NCBI RefSeq assembly: GCF_006345805.1
Contig: NC_042998.1
Span: 12,710,001 to 12,774,000, forward strand
Direction: 5' to 3'
DNA: 64,000 bases
Source: Octopus sinensis
Taxonomy: Eukaryota
The notes under the pieces were generated by a model that saw only the letters and a program-made list of their open reading frames with translations, ran no database searches and had not been told where the DNA came from. A program made the position numbers and the translations under genes. Below, in pieces: positions 26,548 through 41,116 of this stretch; position 1 is the first letter of the stretch; each line of letters opens with the position of its first letter.

Positions 26548-29500
26548 AGCAGCTGTAGTTTAACTGCGAGTCAGCTCTGAATGAAGAGATATGTGAAGAA
26601 AGTCACCTGGGCTCTTTTTACATAAGAAAATAGCGTTTCAGTAGCCTTCCACTTTTGAAAATGTTTGAAAGATTTTGGTGAACAGATGGATTCCGATACA
26701 TAATAGAACAATTGATCACGAAATCAAGAGTGTTAATATTGAAACCAACGTTTAAATAGTACGCAGTACGGCCTGTAAAAATGTGGCATACGATACAATC
26801 TCGTATGTCCTCTTCACTTGTGTAAGCAGTGTCATCAGAAATAGTCAAATAGTTCCAATTGTATAAAATTATGATGAAGGTCATTTTTTATCCGTGATAC
26901 TTTAATATCGCAAGTAGATGTTTCTAAAAGTGCAAATTGTTTACATTCTCTTTGTTTCATCTCCTATCTCACTAGTTAATATGTTGATGATTGAATTCCA
27001 TACGTCTGTGTTATATTCAAACGGAGGGTCAGAAAATATAAAACATCTGTCACTTATTCATCAGTCTATATTCGAAGACTGTATCTGCTCTATTGAATCA
27101 GCATTTCGTAACTCTCATTCGCCATGGAGTACACTGAAGTAATGTAAATACCGAGCTGGGTTTTAAATGATATATTGCCTTAAATAAATAAGACAGTCCA
27201 AGTGTCTGTAAATGCTAAACCTATATTCTCTTCATTTCTCTCTATCCTGTTTCATTATATGGCGTTCGTAATCCAAATATCATAATTTTTTAGGCATTTA
27301 GTAGAGTTAAATAGACAGCCAGTATTTAGAATCAGTCCAAAAAGTTGTGTGGAACGTGAAAACATATAGGAGATATCCTCAGAATTTTAAATCTCTTTCT
27401 CAATTCATTAATTCTTATCACTCAATCCATTACTTTTTTCTCTGAATCCCACTTCTCTAGAACTTTCTTTTGGATTTTATCTGCATTTATATTATACTTA
27501 CCTGTAATTAACTGACAATCTGTTTTACTGTCATTTTTATTACAGAATATTTATTATCTTTGAGTAATTTTCTGAATCTGTTTCTTTGGCGAAGTTTCTA
27601 TAATCTCGAGCGTTTTTGTCATTATCTTTCAGGCTTTTCTTTGAAGAATATGAAGGATGGGGCTCAACATAACACTCTAATTTCATCCAATACTCATTAA
27701 TTCAATCTCTCATTGGTCGACTACCAATTTCTACTCGCCACCACTTCACACGTTCAATACTCTTCAAAATCTTATCAATATTTGCTAGTTAACATTTCCA
27801 TCTTACACAATTTGGTCAGCCATTTATTCTATTTATTTTCCCCTGCACTTTTGTCTTATATCTGAATGTGATCTGAGATCTAATTAAATTAATTCTATCT
27901 GCTATAAATGCCTTCTCACAGCCCGTTCATGTACATGCGATCAAATACTACTTGATATTAAGTAGGAACACCTTCGCAGTAGTAGCATTTAAATTATTAT
28001 TTTATTTCACCATACCATCCTTCCGGCAGAAAATATATATCACAGGAATCTGCATGTAACTGCATGTAACAGTTTCTTACAAATACTTTGATCTAAAATG
28101 AAAATTATATTTAAAACGGTTTTCTAGTTCCCGAAAAAGTCATGAGGGGAAAGCTTTTCGCACTCCATACTTGACAAGAAGCATATGTCGAATAAATTAT
28201 TTCCCCCGTAATTGTACCTAGAACTATAAACAGATAGAGCTATAGTTCCTTAATTTTTAATCCTTGCAACCATCAAATCTGAATCTATAAAATTGCATGA
28301 TTATAGTTTATGGAACATGCTTCATAATTGAGTTTCACTTCATTATTTAGAACTATTAAGAAACAAGATATCTGGACTCTCTGATCTTGTGAAGTTGTAT
28401 GCAATTGTATTAAGAGCGTTGGGGTTGGACTTCATCCTCATTAATGGCATGTTTGCAATCACTTTCTTTTTTCGCATTGAGGAAACAATTTGATCTCAGC
28501 TGGATCATTATTAATGGCTACTATAAAATTTCGAATATCGAAAATTGGTGACTAGTGAAAGTATAGTTTTCGGCATGCTTGAACTCCGAGACATAAATGC
28601 GTTTTAATATGATTTCTTCTACTTGGTAGTGAAGACATTTTGAGTATAGCCCAGGAATTCACAATCACAGACAGATAAAAGATTAAGAGCCTCTCTCTGA
28701 ATGATACTTGCTGTTGTTGGAAATTCCTTGTGTAGACTATCTATGAATTGCAAAATATTTGAGGGGTTTGCATATATAAAGGTAATGATTTCGACAGTTT
28801 CATTTGGAGATAGTTCTGTTGAAAGTACCAAAAGCTTCTGAATGTATATAATTTAAATCGGTGCATTTTGCTTGGAAATTCTGAGCTCTTGTCTAATTCT
28901 TCTATAAGAAATATTTGCGGTTATGTTAACCTGTCTTTGCAGAAAACGTTTTTACTTTTTCGAATGATGAAAAGAATGTGGCGCGGAATTCCGTTTAAGA
29001 GCATAAAGCTCTAAATGTTTCAGTTTAGAACTACGTATTTTCCATTTAGTTCTCAGGCAGCTAAAGATAGCTGTTCTTAGGAAAAACAAAATTTAAATAC
29101 TTCGAAAAGGCTGTTAGCTTCATTTATTTATCTCCTGAGAAAAATCTAGCAGACATGTGATGAAGAGTTAAAAGTTGATTTGCTCTCTGAAATATTTTCA
29201 AACTATTCTATAGTTTATGGGGCAGTCTACTTTGGCAAGACGTCTGCTGAAAATCGAACTTTGTCAAGTTTCGTGTTACATCCTTTCACTTAAACAAGAA
29301 GAAATCTTGTGGGCTAAAATCAGAACCCAATTGTTGTGTAGCGAATGTCTCGTCATTGGGACAGACCACTTGTTAGTAAGTTTTGTCAGAGCTGCACAAA
29401 TGGTCTAAACGCATTCAACTTGAGACCAGATGTATGCTTCGCTGTTCTTCTTTATATTTCTCATCACCTGAAGCTTTAAGGAAATCGAATTAGCTTTTAG

Positions 29501-30592
29501 TATTCGTTGCACAACTTCACTGATGTTTTTTGCGCTGTTTGCTTCAGATGATCCTAGACCCTATATACCAGCTCACTGAAAAGGAGTTTGCCACTTCCTA
29601 AGCAGGCTACCTATTTGAGGTTTTGCAGGAAAATCAATATATCCATTTTTCTTTCATTCAAAATCTGATATAATTATATATCTTCGTTCTTTACAACTTA
29701 ATATTTTACGTAGCATGTATTATATGAAATGAACGTAAACACATATATTCAGTGCTTCAAATTGCGAAATGAAATAACTAATATTAGTTACCCGGCTGTT
29801 AATTTTAAGAATAATTTTTGCATGAGTTTTGCATCTAAAATACGTGGCTGTTTTGTGATCCTTGTCGTATTTTGTTCTTTAGCCAAAATTTAGGTCTGAT
29901 TAAGGAAACTGCTCATACATATTAATTCAGGTGGCTTTTCTATAAAACACATAGCCACAAAGTTATAAAACAGCATTAGGTACATATACATCCATGTTGG
30001 CTTTCTATAAGATATATAGTAATAAGTTATAAAGAGATGTTATGTGCACAAATATTTTGTATAATGAAGGTTTCTATGATATTATATCTTTACCGCCAAA
30101 GCTCAGATATTGGCATGAATAGTTTCATAAATTTTTACATGCTGCAGGTACTAAAGAAGCATGTTTTCATATAATATTACGTACGGCAATATAATTAGAG
30201 TAATTCCGTACAATATACGCACATTAACACAAGCGAAAAGTAATACCATAAAATAAAAATGTATGAATATATAAATAATAAATATAGAAGCAATCAGCTA
30301 GCTTCTAAAAAAAATTTGCACTAAACTTAACGATCGTTAATGCTTCCCACCATTAACAGAGTAAATAAATATTCATATATGATACATGATACATACTTGC
30401 ATAAACGCGAACATAAAAGCAAATTAAACGGATATTCATCACATACGACGATGAACATTGATATTGTTCAATAAACTAAAGTACACACTGACTAAATTAC
30501 TATTAAAGAGGATGAGTATTTAACAGACGTGTGTAGTATTAACGTTATGAATCGATGAAAGCATATGTGACATGGCTCGATAATATGAGAGA

Positions 30593-30665
<73 letters not shown>

Positions 30666-30821
30666 ATATATATATATATAGATATATATACAGATATATA
30701 TAAACAGCAATATTGTACGCATGCCCATACGTATAAATAAGACTACATTTGTGTGTATATGTTTTTATATATACCAAATATATATATATTATATATATAT
30801 ATACATACATATATATACATG

Positions 30822-30901
<80 letters not shown>

Positions 30902-31499
30902 CATATATGTGTGTGTGTATCTGTGTGTGTGTTTATATCTGGAATAGGAACAAATAGAATAATTACCAAAATAAAGAAATAATGGGGTGAATTCTATCGA
31001 CTGAAACTGTTTCAAAGCGCTGTTCCACCATGACTCGCAGTCTAATTACTCAAACAATTAAAAGATTTATGTACGTATGTACATATCTCTCTATTTATTT
31101 CTGCAATTTCTGGTTCTTAAAATATTTCATGTATTTTATTCGTGGCAGTGACAAGTTTTGTTGTTGACAACGTATGCATTTATGAGATTTTTATGAGAAG
31201 CTGGAATAATTCTTTTCTGGGGTTAGTTCTCGAAGAACATATAAAGCTGAAATAATAGTATATAAATGAAGGGGAAACATCCTTTTGGGCAGAAAAAGTC
31301 GACTGGCGGCCGTAGATCTCGAATCCATATCTCTCGTAGACATGATATATGGTCTACCATTAAAAAAAATCCCTTTGCATCACGGGAAGCAAGAGAACAT
31401 TTTAGATCGAACACTTTGTATTTATCTTTTCTACTATAGGTACAAAATCTGGATTTTGTGGGGTGGGGTGTTGTCTATTATATTGACGCTAATGTTCAA

Positions 31500-31736
31500 A
31501 TGGTACTTAATTTATCGAGCCCCAAAATATGATGGCAAAGTCGTCCTCTGCAGAATTTGAGCTCAGAACATGGTGACGAGTAATATACCTATTTCTTTAC
31601 TACCTTCAAGGGGCTAAACACAGAGGGGACAAACAAGGACAGAGAAACGGATTAAGTCGATTATATCGACCACAGTGCGTAACTGGTACTTATTTAATCG
31701 ACACCGAAAGGATGAAAGGCAAAGTCGACCTCGGCT
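31500..31736 (-). mobile_element. SINE family B fragment with tandem unit
   Basis: GGTACTTAATTTATCGA...AAAGTCGACCTCGGC; same unit as 42490-43090. Confidence 0.8.
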
Positions 31737-32029
31737 TTACAAGTATATAGATTCAATGCGACGCATGGTGATGTGAGGTAGAGTTGGAGGAGGGATAAAG
31801 AAAGGAACATAGAGAGAATTATGTAGTAGAGAGGAGAGGGAGGTACCTAAAGTGGGGTTCGTACTTAGAAGAGATCAAATAGATCATAAAGATGAGGAAG
31901 CGATCAACAACGATACCAACAACATTCCTCGTCAGATATAGGAGAAGCAGTCAAATTATTGATGGAAATGTTGCTAGTCTGGTTTTAGTTCTCGCTCTTT
32001 CACAACCATACATGTGTCATGACTTCTTC

Positions 32030-33480
32030 TTCGGATTTCTTCTAGCCACAGAGCATCTTCGCTAATCTCCTTCGCTTCACTCCAGATTTTTTTCAAGAAG
32101 TCTATGACTTCTCGTGAAGGAGCTTCTGTGATGTTCATTGCTCCTCCTCTCATGTCTTTGTATACTACTGTCTAGTTCTGGTCAATTGTTTGGTTTATCG
32201 TTTTTCTCTCGGTTATTCTCTGGTTTCGGAGCTTCTCACTGATAGCTTTTAGCTCCTGTTTGAGGGTAATCAGTTTACAAGTGATTGTCCTCTTATTTTT
32301 TCTGTCTCCAGATATCATTTCTATCTTCTTTACTTTCTGTTTGTGCAACGTATAGTGATTTTCCTGTTTGTGCGTAATAGGCATCATCACTTAACTCATG
32401 GGCTTCCGTTAACCAGCTATCTTTTATTTGTCTTAAAAGCCAATGATGGTACTTCAAAACCCATCATGGTTTTGTTCACTCTTTCAATGTCATCCATATA
32501 CTTCTTTGCAGTTGTAGCCAGGGCATATAGACAGGCGTTAATCTGCCAGAATTTGGGTTCATCAAGCTGTTGTAAATACTCATTACCAATTTCATTAACA
32601 TCTTCTAATACCGTATCTGGTGTATTTTCTTTTACTTATTTTTGTAGAAAATGCTCACTCCTCGTAAGAGTCCTTCAAAGCCAAACTTTTTTTTATCACG
32701 GAAAATTTCAGTAAAGGCGCATTTCTCCGGCATATAATCCTGACTGCAACTACTACTACAATAAACATTGCGGTTGTGCCTGCTATTTACCATAGTCGTA
32801 GTAGGAGGACAGTGGTCAGTTACTTTAGCCAGTATAATGTAGTTTGGCTGGCAGGCATTACGGAATCTGTTGGAATGTCGCTAGCTGCGAAACCACATGG
32901 TGGTCTTACATCAATCACGTGATCGTTTTTGTTCATAGAGTTGGGAAGAAGGTTAATTTTCGATCTTTTTAAACAAAGTTACAGTTACTAAACTTCTACC
33001 TGTGTTCTACAAATATTGCTTGTTGGTGTAGTTGCTTCGCAGTAAAATGATTTAATTCTGGATGCAGATCGTCCAAATGTGATTTCAATCGATTCATATA
33101 GCCAACACCGGGGTTTGGTTTCGCATTTTTGTAGCAGTTAAATAGACCTATATTCAGTTCAGAGCTCCAAGAGAAATGAGTTTTGTAATTACGGTTTCTT
33201 CTATAACTACAGCTAGGAAGAATTTGTTTGTTTGTTGAGCTGTTGTTTCCGTTCTGCTCCTCGACTGCGTTGTTGTTAATGTTGTGTCCTGCTATGTTGC
33301 TTGTAGTAACTCCCTGATGCTAAATTAAAGTTTCAGTCGAAAATCTCTACGATCGTGAATAAAAAGCTCCCTCAGTTAATTCATCTACAGATTGACCAGT
33401 TATTTAACAAGGCTGATAGTTGTGGCTGGGGAAACTATTCATCGTATTTTCGATAAATAGTTTCCCACCCAGATACGCGA
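32030..33480 (-). mobile_element. Decayed R4/Dong-type LINE, 5' UTR and N-terminal ORF region
   Basis: Minus-strand translation WSSELNIGLFNCYKNAKPNPGVGYMNRLKSHLDDLHPELNHFTAKQLHQQA (~33020-33170) and INQTIDQN..VYKDMRG...PSREVIDFLKKIWS...ALWLEEI (~32035-32200) resemble R4-clade N-terminal motifs. Confidence 0.7.
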
Positions 33481-35197
33481 CTTTCGATTCAAATGTGTAT
33501 ATGTTTGTGTTTGTTTGTATGTGTTTGTGTGTGCTTGTGTGTGTGTGTGTCTCTCACTCTCTCTCTCTCTCTGTATTTATGTATGTATGCAAAAATCTAT
33601 GCATAAATAAATTTTATACAAAATGCGCTGAGCTGAAATATTCAAACAAAATACAGAAAAGGCTTAAAATTCGAGATGAAGAAAACTCTCGTAGCTTATG
33701 TGTCACGTTCCTCTTATTGTTCATAAACCATTCCACAACTGTTACATTCGGTTGAAAATTTCTTTAACAACATCTTCAATGGCATTCTGGTCTGAACATT
33801 GCAAGGATAATCTCAGTGATCTGCAAATATCATCTCCCTTCTCTTTTTCGTATGAACGAGACTGTCCTACATACGAAAGTATACGTTTCTGTAAAGAAGT
33901 GCGTGTGTATTTATATGTATAGCGTGTCTCTCAATTTCATTTTCGCTCAATACATATAGAAATTCACACATACGTTGTTGCACACATACATTCATACATA
34001 CATATGTGTGTGTGTGTCTGCTTGTGTGTGTGCGTGTGTGTGTGCACGTAAGTGTATATGCGTAGGCCTGTGTGTTTCTGACTATACCTGTGCGTGAGTG
34101 GATATTGACTACTCTGTGAAAGAAAAGCTATAATTATTGAATATATTTTATTGTCTATTCCACAATGTCCCACTTTTCAATGTTCATTAGCAGATCATTC
34201 AGAATTTCCTGCGCAGTTTTTGTCTATTTTGTTTTCTGTACTATGGTTAAATATGAACTCATCGTACATTTCAATTATAGAGGCAATAAACAGTTTTTGA
34301 AATATATAAATTGCCCTCGTAGGTGTTCAAGAAAATAGAAGCAGTCTTTTTCTAATATAATCTATTTCTGTTAGTAATAATACCATAATACATTTAGCTT
34401 CGTTTTTTTGTTCATGAGATAATAGAATCCACAGAACAAAATATTTTAATCACAAAAGGCATCTAACTGTTTCATTCAACTGAAGTTAGCATTGCTTGTA
34501 TTTTAGGCTAGTCCGAGAAATCAGGATGTATAGAAAATTCAGAAATATACAATGAGGATTTGTGAGAAAACTGATTCAATGAATAGTCAAAATTAACATA
34601 AAAAATTCACAATGAAAAAGAGCCGCCGACAACTCATAAATTTAAAAGTATTGTTAGATCAATATGATAATAAGGCTAGGAACAAGATAACTTCAAATAA
34701 TATGGTAATCAAAGAGATTTGTTGATATACTAAACAAGATGTCTAAGGACTGATTGAAAACAAAAACAAAAAAAATTTTATAGACGTATTTAGAAAACAA
34801 CAATGGCTTGAAATAACCATTTCTATTTAAAACCAAATTTGTAAATACACGTACAAAAATACTAAATTAAGAACTGCTTTTGAAATAAAGCTATGCTTTG
34901 AACAATAAATTACAATTTATATTAGAAAATTTAATTCAAATAAAGTGAATAAGCTAAATAGGCAAATATATGTTAGAGTATATCTGTCTCTCTGTATGTA
35001 TGTACGTATCTATGTTTGTATGTATATATATGTATGTACCATTTAATCTATACTTCCCGATATAGTTACATATACACAAAAATACACACATATATTTATA
35101 TATATATATGTGTGTGTGTGCATTTTTGCATGTATGAGTACATATGTATATATATATATATCTATGTGAATATATATATATATATACATATATAGAT

Positions 35198-35235
<38 letters not shown>

Positions 35236-35851
35236 GAGTTCAGCAAAATTTAGATTCAGATTACTATGGTACATAAGCTGAAGATTGCTCGACATTTTAA
35301 AACTGATGTAATACATACAGTGTTTAATAAAAGAAGTAGCATGAATCAAATGTACTACTCTACCTTCGATATCCTTGTTGCTTATTTTGAGTATATATAT
35401 ATATATATATATATATGGTTTCTCAAACGTGAAATCAACTGGTATTGAAACATGCATTGCTTATCGATGTATTCAAAGCAAAGGTAAACCTATTTCTGAA
35501 CTGTTCATTGCATTGCTCGTGTGTATTTTTATCGTAATTTTTATGGTGGTTTTTGGAGCAATGGCCCTGATGCAAAAGTGGTATTCTATACCTTACCTAA
35601 TCTTAAATTACTATATAAATATGTGTGTGTGTATATATATATATATATAATTATAATTATTATATGAGGGGAAAAAAATTCAATTTATTTTACAAATTAT
35701 TTACGTTTTTATTATTATATTTTTGCAATTTACTTAATCATTGACATTTTATTGTTATTTTAATTTTAATATTTCTGTTATATGTAATTTTCTAGATGGT
35801 GTAATTTAATTGTTCATTTTGAATTGATAAAAGGTGTTTTCTTTCTAATTT

Positions 35852-35926
<75 letters not shown>

Positions 35927-36568
35927 CTTACTTACAGACATACATGCATGCGTACATTTATACATACTTATATACGTACATATACACATACTTTCATACG
36001 CGCAAGCACATACACATACACATACAACACATACACATACACACATGTATTCCAAAAATACTACTTTACCATTTGAATAATATATATTTTATATATATAT
36101 TTCAATAATTATTTTATGATACACCTTGCAAATCTAGACTGGAATATAGATTTGTGGACTGCATAGGTGAAAGTCTCCAGAGACAATTGGCTCATTCCAG
36201 CAATTTCATATGTAAACATCTGTTAATGAGAAACCATTGCATGATACATAACGGACTTATGCAGAATATAGAAATCATAGCACGAAAACGTATGTATTTC
36301 CTACACTACGTGTCCGAACACATTGCTTCGTATTGATTAGGCAGACATTACTCTAATCGACTATATAGTTACTATAATTATTCCTTAACGAATTTCAGTC
36401 ATTGTTTGACTAGGCGCCTATTCTACCTGCCGGAATATTGCACATCCACGACTTAATTTTCCTGTTCCTGACATGACACGATGAATATAACTTTGACTAA
36501 CCACGTTCAACTCGAAAGTATCCACACTAAAATTATGCATCATACATCAAGGGATATATTGCTAATGT

Positions 36569-36846
36569 GAAGGCGCATGGCTCAGTGGTTGGAGTGTCGA
36601 GCTTATGATCGTGAGGCTGTGAGTTCGAATCCAGGACCGGGCTGCGTGTTGCGTTCTTGAGCAAGACACTTTATTTCACGTTGCTCCAGTTCACTCAGCT
36701 GTAGAAGTGAGTTGAGACGTCACTGGTGCCAAGCTGTATCGGCCCTTGTCTTTCCCTTGGATAACACTGCTGGTCTTGTCCGGGCTCGTGCCTTCGACGG
36801 TAACTTTCTAGGTGCAATCCGACAGTCATTCATGACCGAAGGGGTT
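36569..36846 (+). mobile_element. tRNA-derived SINE family C
   Basis: GGCGCATGGCTCAGTGG (A box), GAGTTCGAATCC (B box); body and GGTAACTTTCTAGGTGCAATCC...GACCGAAGGGG tail shared with 10901-11224. Confidence 0.85.
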
Positions 36847-37206
36847 CTCAAAAATATTGCCAACAGTGTTCTTCCACTTTTCTCGAGCAATAGATTGATT
36901 GCATCGCGATTTATTTCCTTTCCGGAGTTGTGCATCCTGTCGGAAGCACCACCGCTGACTGCTTTCATGTTTTACTAGTTAAATCAGAATGACTACACTT
37001 GATTCAATTGCTTAATAAAATAACGCTTATTGCTTTCATAAATATCGCTAAATAATTACATATTAGAAGGCGATGTTATATGTAATTACCGCATTATAGA
37101 AAATATCTATTTACCCCCTTGTATGTCTATTTTTTCCCTTTCGTTTAAATGAAGTGATAATTGCAATGCCTGCCGGTTAAAGTCTCGAATACTGTGATAA
37201 TGCTTA

Positions 37207-37365
37207 TGGGCCAGACGTGGTTTTTGTGTAAGAAATTTGCTTCTCAGATAAATGGTTTCAGGGTCAATCGCACTGCATGGTACTTCGGACTAAATGTTTT
37301 CTGCTATAGCTCCGACCATGCAAAGGCTTGAGAGTGGATGTGGTAGACGGAAACTGAAAGAAGCA
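37207..37365 (+). mobile_element. Degenerate SINE family A 5' half
   Basis: GAGTGGATGTGGTAGACGGAAACTGAAAGAAGC and a degenerate head. Confidence 0.65.
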
Positions 37366-37376
37366 TCTCTCATATA

Positions 37377-37422
<46 letters not shown>

Positions 37423-37577
37423 ATATATTATATATATATATTAGAAGAAATGAGGTAATCAGAAGATCGAATGGTTCATATTTACAGATATTTATTTATA
37501 TATTACATTTTTTACATATATATATCATATCATTCAGATCATATCATTCAGATCATATCATTCAGATCATTAGCGCT

Positions 37578-37889
37578 TTCTCCCATTCTAGTGGGGTTTT
37601 CAAATCAAAATAATTCCTTTGTGGGGAATTTTAATCATTTTATAGAGTTTCGTAGTGGTGGGGAGGAACAAGACAGCACAAGAGGGTGAAGTGGATGCGG
37701 AGGAAGTGAGAGTGAGAACATGTGTGTATCCATATAACATCGCCATACGCACATGTTCTCACTCTCACTTCCTCCTCATCCACTTCACCCTCTTTTGCTG
37801 TCTTGTTCCTCCCCACCACTACGAAACTCTATAAAATGATTAACAAAGGAATTATTTTGATTTGAAAACCCCACTAGAATGGGAGAATC
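37578..37889. repeat. Long inverted repeat (~150-bp arms, ~15-nt spacer)
   Basis: TTCTCCCATTCTAGTGGGG...GAACATGTGTGTAT / ATACGCACATGTTC...CCCCACTAGAATGGGAGAA; extended by 37440-37468 / 37889-37914. Confidence 0.9.
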
Positions 37890-37946
37890 TTCTGATTACC
37901 TCATTTCTTCTAATATATAATACCTGTACATCATCTCCAAACCTTC

Positions 37947-37983
<37 letters not shown>

Positions 37984-38077
37984 TAGACAGATATAATGTA
38001 AGCAACCAGTGTATACCATATGATTTGTTAAATGCTCTATCTTTCTATCTATATACAAATATATATATTTTTGTATG

Positions 38078-38114
<37 letters not shown>

Positions 38115-38149
38115 ATATATATATAAATATGAATATAGTATATATATAT

Positions 38150-38183
<34 letters not shown>

Positions 38184-39328
38184 ATAACGTTAAACAACCA
38201 CTGTTACTTTGGTTACCGTCTCCATAACTTAACGGTTCAGCAAAGACACCGACAGATTGCACACCAGCTTTACTCAAATTAAAACCAGTAGGGGCGATTG
38301 CGCAACCAAGCCATTCAAGATCGTGTTCCAGTATGTCCGCTTCCTAACGACTGAGGCAAGTAAAAAATGAAAGAATATATACAACTTCTTCGCGGCTATC
38401 TGAGATAGAGCGTAGGTGAAATGTCACCGAAATTGTTCCTTTGTTTTCCAACTATATCATGTTCATGAAAGCATAGTCACCTTCTTATAAAAAAATATCA
38501 TACATTACATACTGATGTTCAAATGCCTTAAGTATTACGAGGTAGAGTGGTTGGTCATAGCTAGTATGACAAGGGAATGTAGTCTACTGAATTGAGTTCA
38601 AACTTGAGTTACAGAGCAACCACACCATCTCACATATCCAAGTCATTAATTTCACTTCATTCTGGCGTTTAACATCCAGAAGGAATCTCAACTAAGAACC
38701 TATCGTATGATAGTAATGGTATCTTTCGCAACAGCATTTTCTGAAACTTCCTCAAGTAGGTTATCAGAAAACTTTAGACGTATACATGATATATATGGCG
38801 CATATTTCTAATGTAACGATGTGATGCATACAAATATAACAAAAAAATAATAATAAACATACAAAAAGATAATAGTGTAATGTTTGAGATGTTGGAAGTG
38901 CATTTGTAGAAAGATAGGAAAACACAAAGGCTGTCAATACTTCACACTCAAATGATTACCTTGTGCAAATATATAAATATACATATATAGGTATAATTAA
39001 ATATATAGACGAATAGAAAGATAAGAACATATATACGTATGTATATATGAGAGTGAGTCGTACGTATGCTCGTGTGAATATACGTATGTAATCATACATC
39101 AGCATGTATATATATATATATATATATTATATATACATATATATGTAATAATAATAATAATAATATAATAATAATAATAATAATATAATAATAATAATAA
39201 TAACAATAACAATAATAATAATAATAATGATAATAATAATAATAATAAAATGTATATATTATTTTTATTTCATCTAGTTTCAGCTCACGAGCTGTGCGCC
39301 ATGCTGGGGCACCATATATATATATATA

Positions 39329-39671
39329 TAACAATTTAACAAATAAAACATATGCATACATACATATATGTACATACCTACATCTATATACATGAATATA
39401 TATATGAATACAGGACACCACAAATAAACGTAGAACACAACGAGAAACGAAAACATAAATCAAACAAGGAAACGGCCTTTTTTTACAAGGAAAAAACAGA
39501 GTACAAGACAAACAATACAAGGAATATTCCCCTTCATCAGCTGCCCCTGGTTCGTTTCAATGCGTGTTTCGAAGGTTTTTTTTAATGTTTTCGTTTCTCG
39601 TTGTGTTCTACGTTTATTTGTGGTGTCCTGTACTCATATATATATATATATATTATATATATATATATATA

Positions 39672-39705
<34 letters not shown>

Positions 39706-39739
39706 GCATGCATATTTACATATAGATGTAGTTATGTAC

Positions 39740-39772
<33 letters not shown>

Positions 39773-39822
39773 TGTATGTATGTATGTATGTATGTATGCA
39801 TATGTTTTATTTGTTAAATTGT
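39329..39822. repeat. Inverted duplication surrounding a PLE-terminal-like fragment
   Basis: AACAATTTAACAAATAAAACATATGC...CAGGACACCACAAATAAACGTAGAACACAACGAGAAACGAAAACAT is mirrored at ~39584-39822. Confidence 0.85.
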
Positions 39823-39867
39823 TATTATATGTCTGAGCGCCTCGCGTCGTTTCTTATCCTCCGAGTA

Positions 39868-39940
<73 letters not shown>

Positions 39941-40943
39941 TGTACACATATTATCTACTTGAATGATTGATTTTATAAGCAAACGTATGCATATATGTGT
40001 GCGTCATTATTTCTGTTATATTGGCCTGTAAATAGAAAAATCTTTCAGTCAATCAACTATATATTCGTAATGCACAAAAATATTGTTGAAATGCCAAGGA
40101 CAAACCTTTTTATACTTGCACCCAGTAAACTTGATATGTGAAAAGCTTATGACATATTGCAAAGCAGCCGCTTGATGCATTTGCGTATGCCACCATATAC
40201 GAATTTGATGACTATATGGGCCATTACTTGAGACATTTCTACCTCGTACGTAATGGATATGCCTGCATATATCACGTGTGTTTGTGTATAAAGAGAGAGG
40301 GAGAGGGGGATAAAATGACACCTGAAACATGAATATAAAGTGTTTTCACTTTGTAATCATCAAAGGTATCAAAGTGATCCAAGTGTCAGGAGTTTCGTAT
40401 TTAAATTACTGCTTCATAGTGTTTCTTCATATAACACTGTCTTTATATAAGTTGTCACATCTCTCGATTGTTTCATAAATATATCAAATGAGCAGTATAG
40501 TTTTCAAATTGTCCCGTTAAGGATTTATAACTGTATAAATGAAGTGTAAACAAACAATGATTAAAATACATGCAAAGAAACCACAGACGCACATACATGT
40601 ATACACATACGCACTACAGACATCCCCATATATATAAACACATATTGATATAAGTAATATGCGAACAGAAATAAAATGGCAAGGAAACTTTCTAGCGAAT
40701 AGGCACTCATATTTTCCACGCCTCCATAAAGTTAATAAGCAAATAATGATAAAATAAAACATATTTGCATAAGAACAGGTGTGCATAAATATGGATATAC
40801 ATATGAAAATACGGATATGTTATATTTCTTACATGATCAATCATATACTAATATATACACACATGAATATATATGTGTGTGTGCATCTGTGTGTATCTAT
40901 CTATAAATCCACCCATCTCTCTCTCTATCTCTCTATCTCTCTC

Positions 40944-41028
<85 letters not shown>

Positions 41029-41116
41029 ATATATATATATATATAAGGATAATATCAATATTTAAATATCGATCCTATCTAGTGGCCAGCATAGGAATAA
41101 ATACCATAGGAAGATA

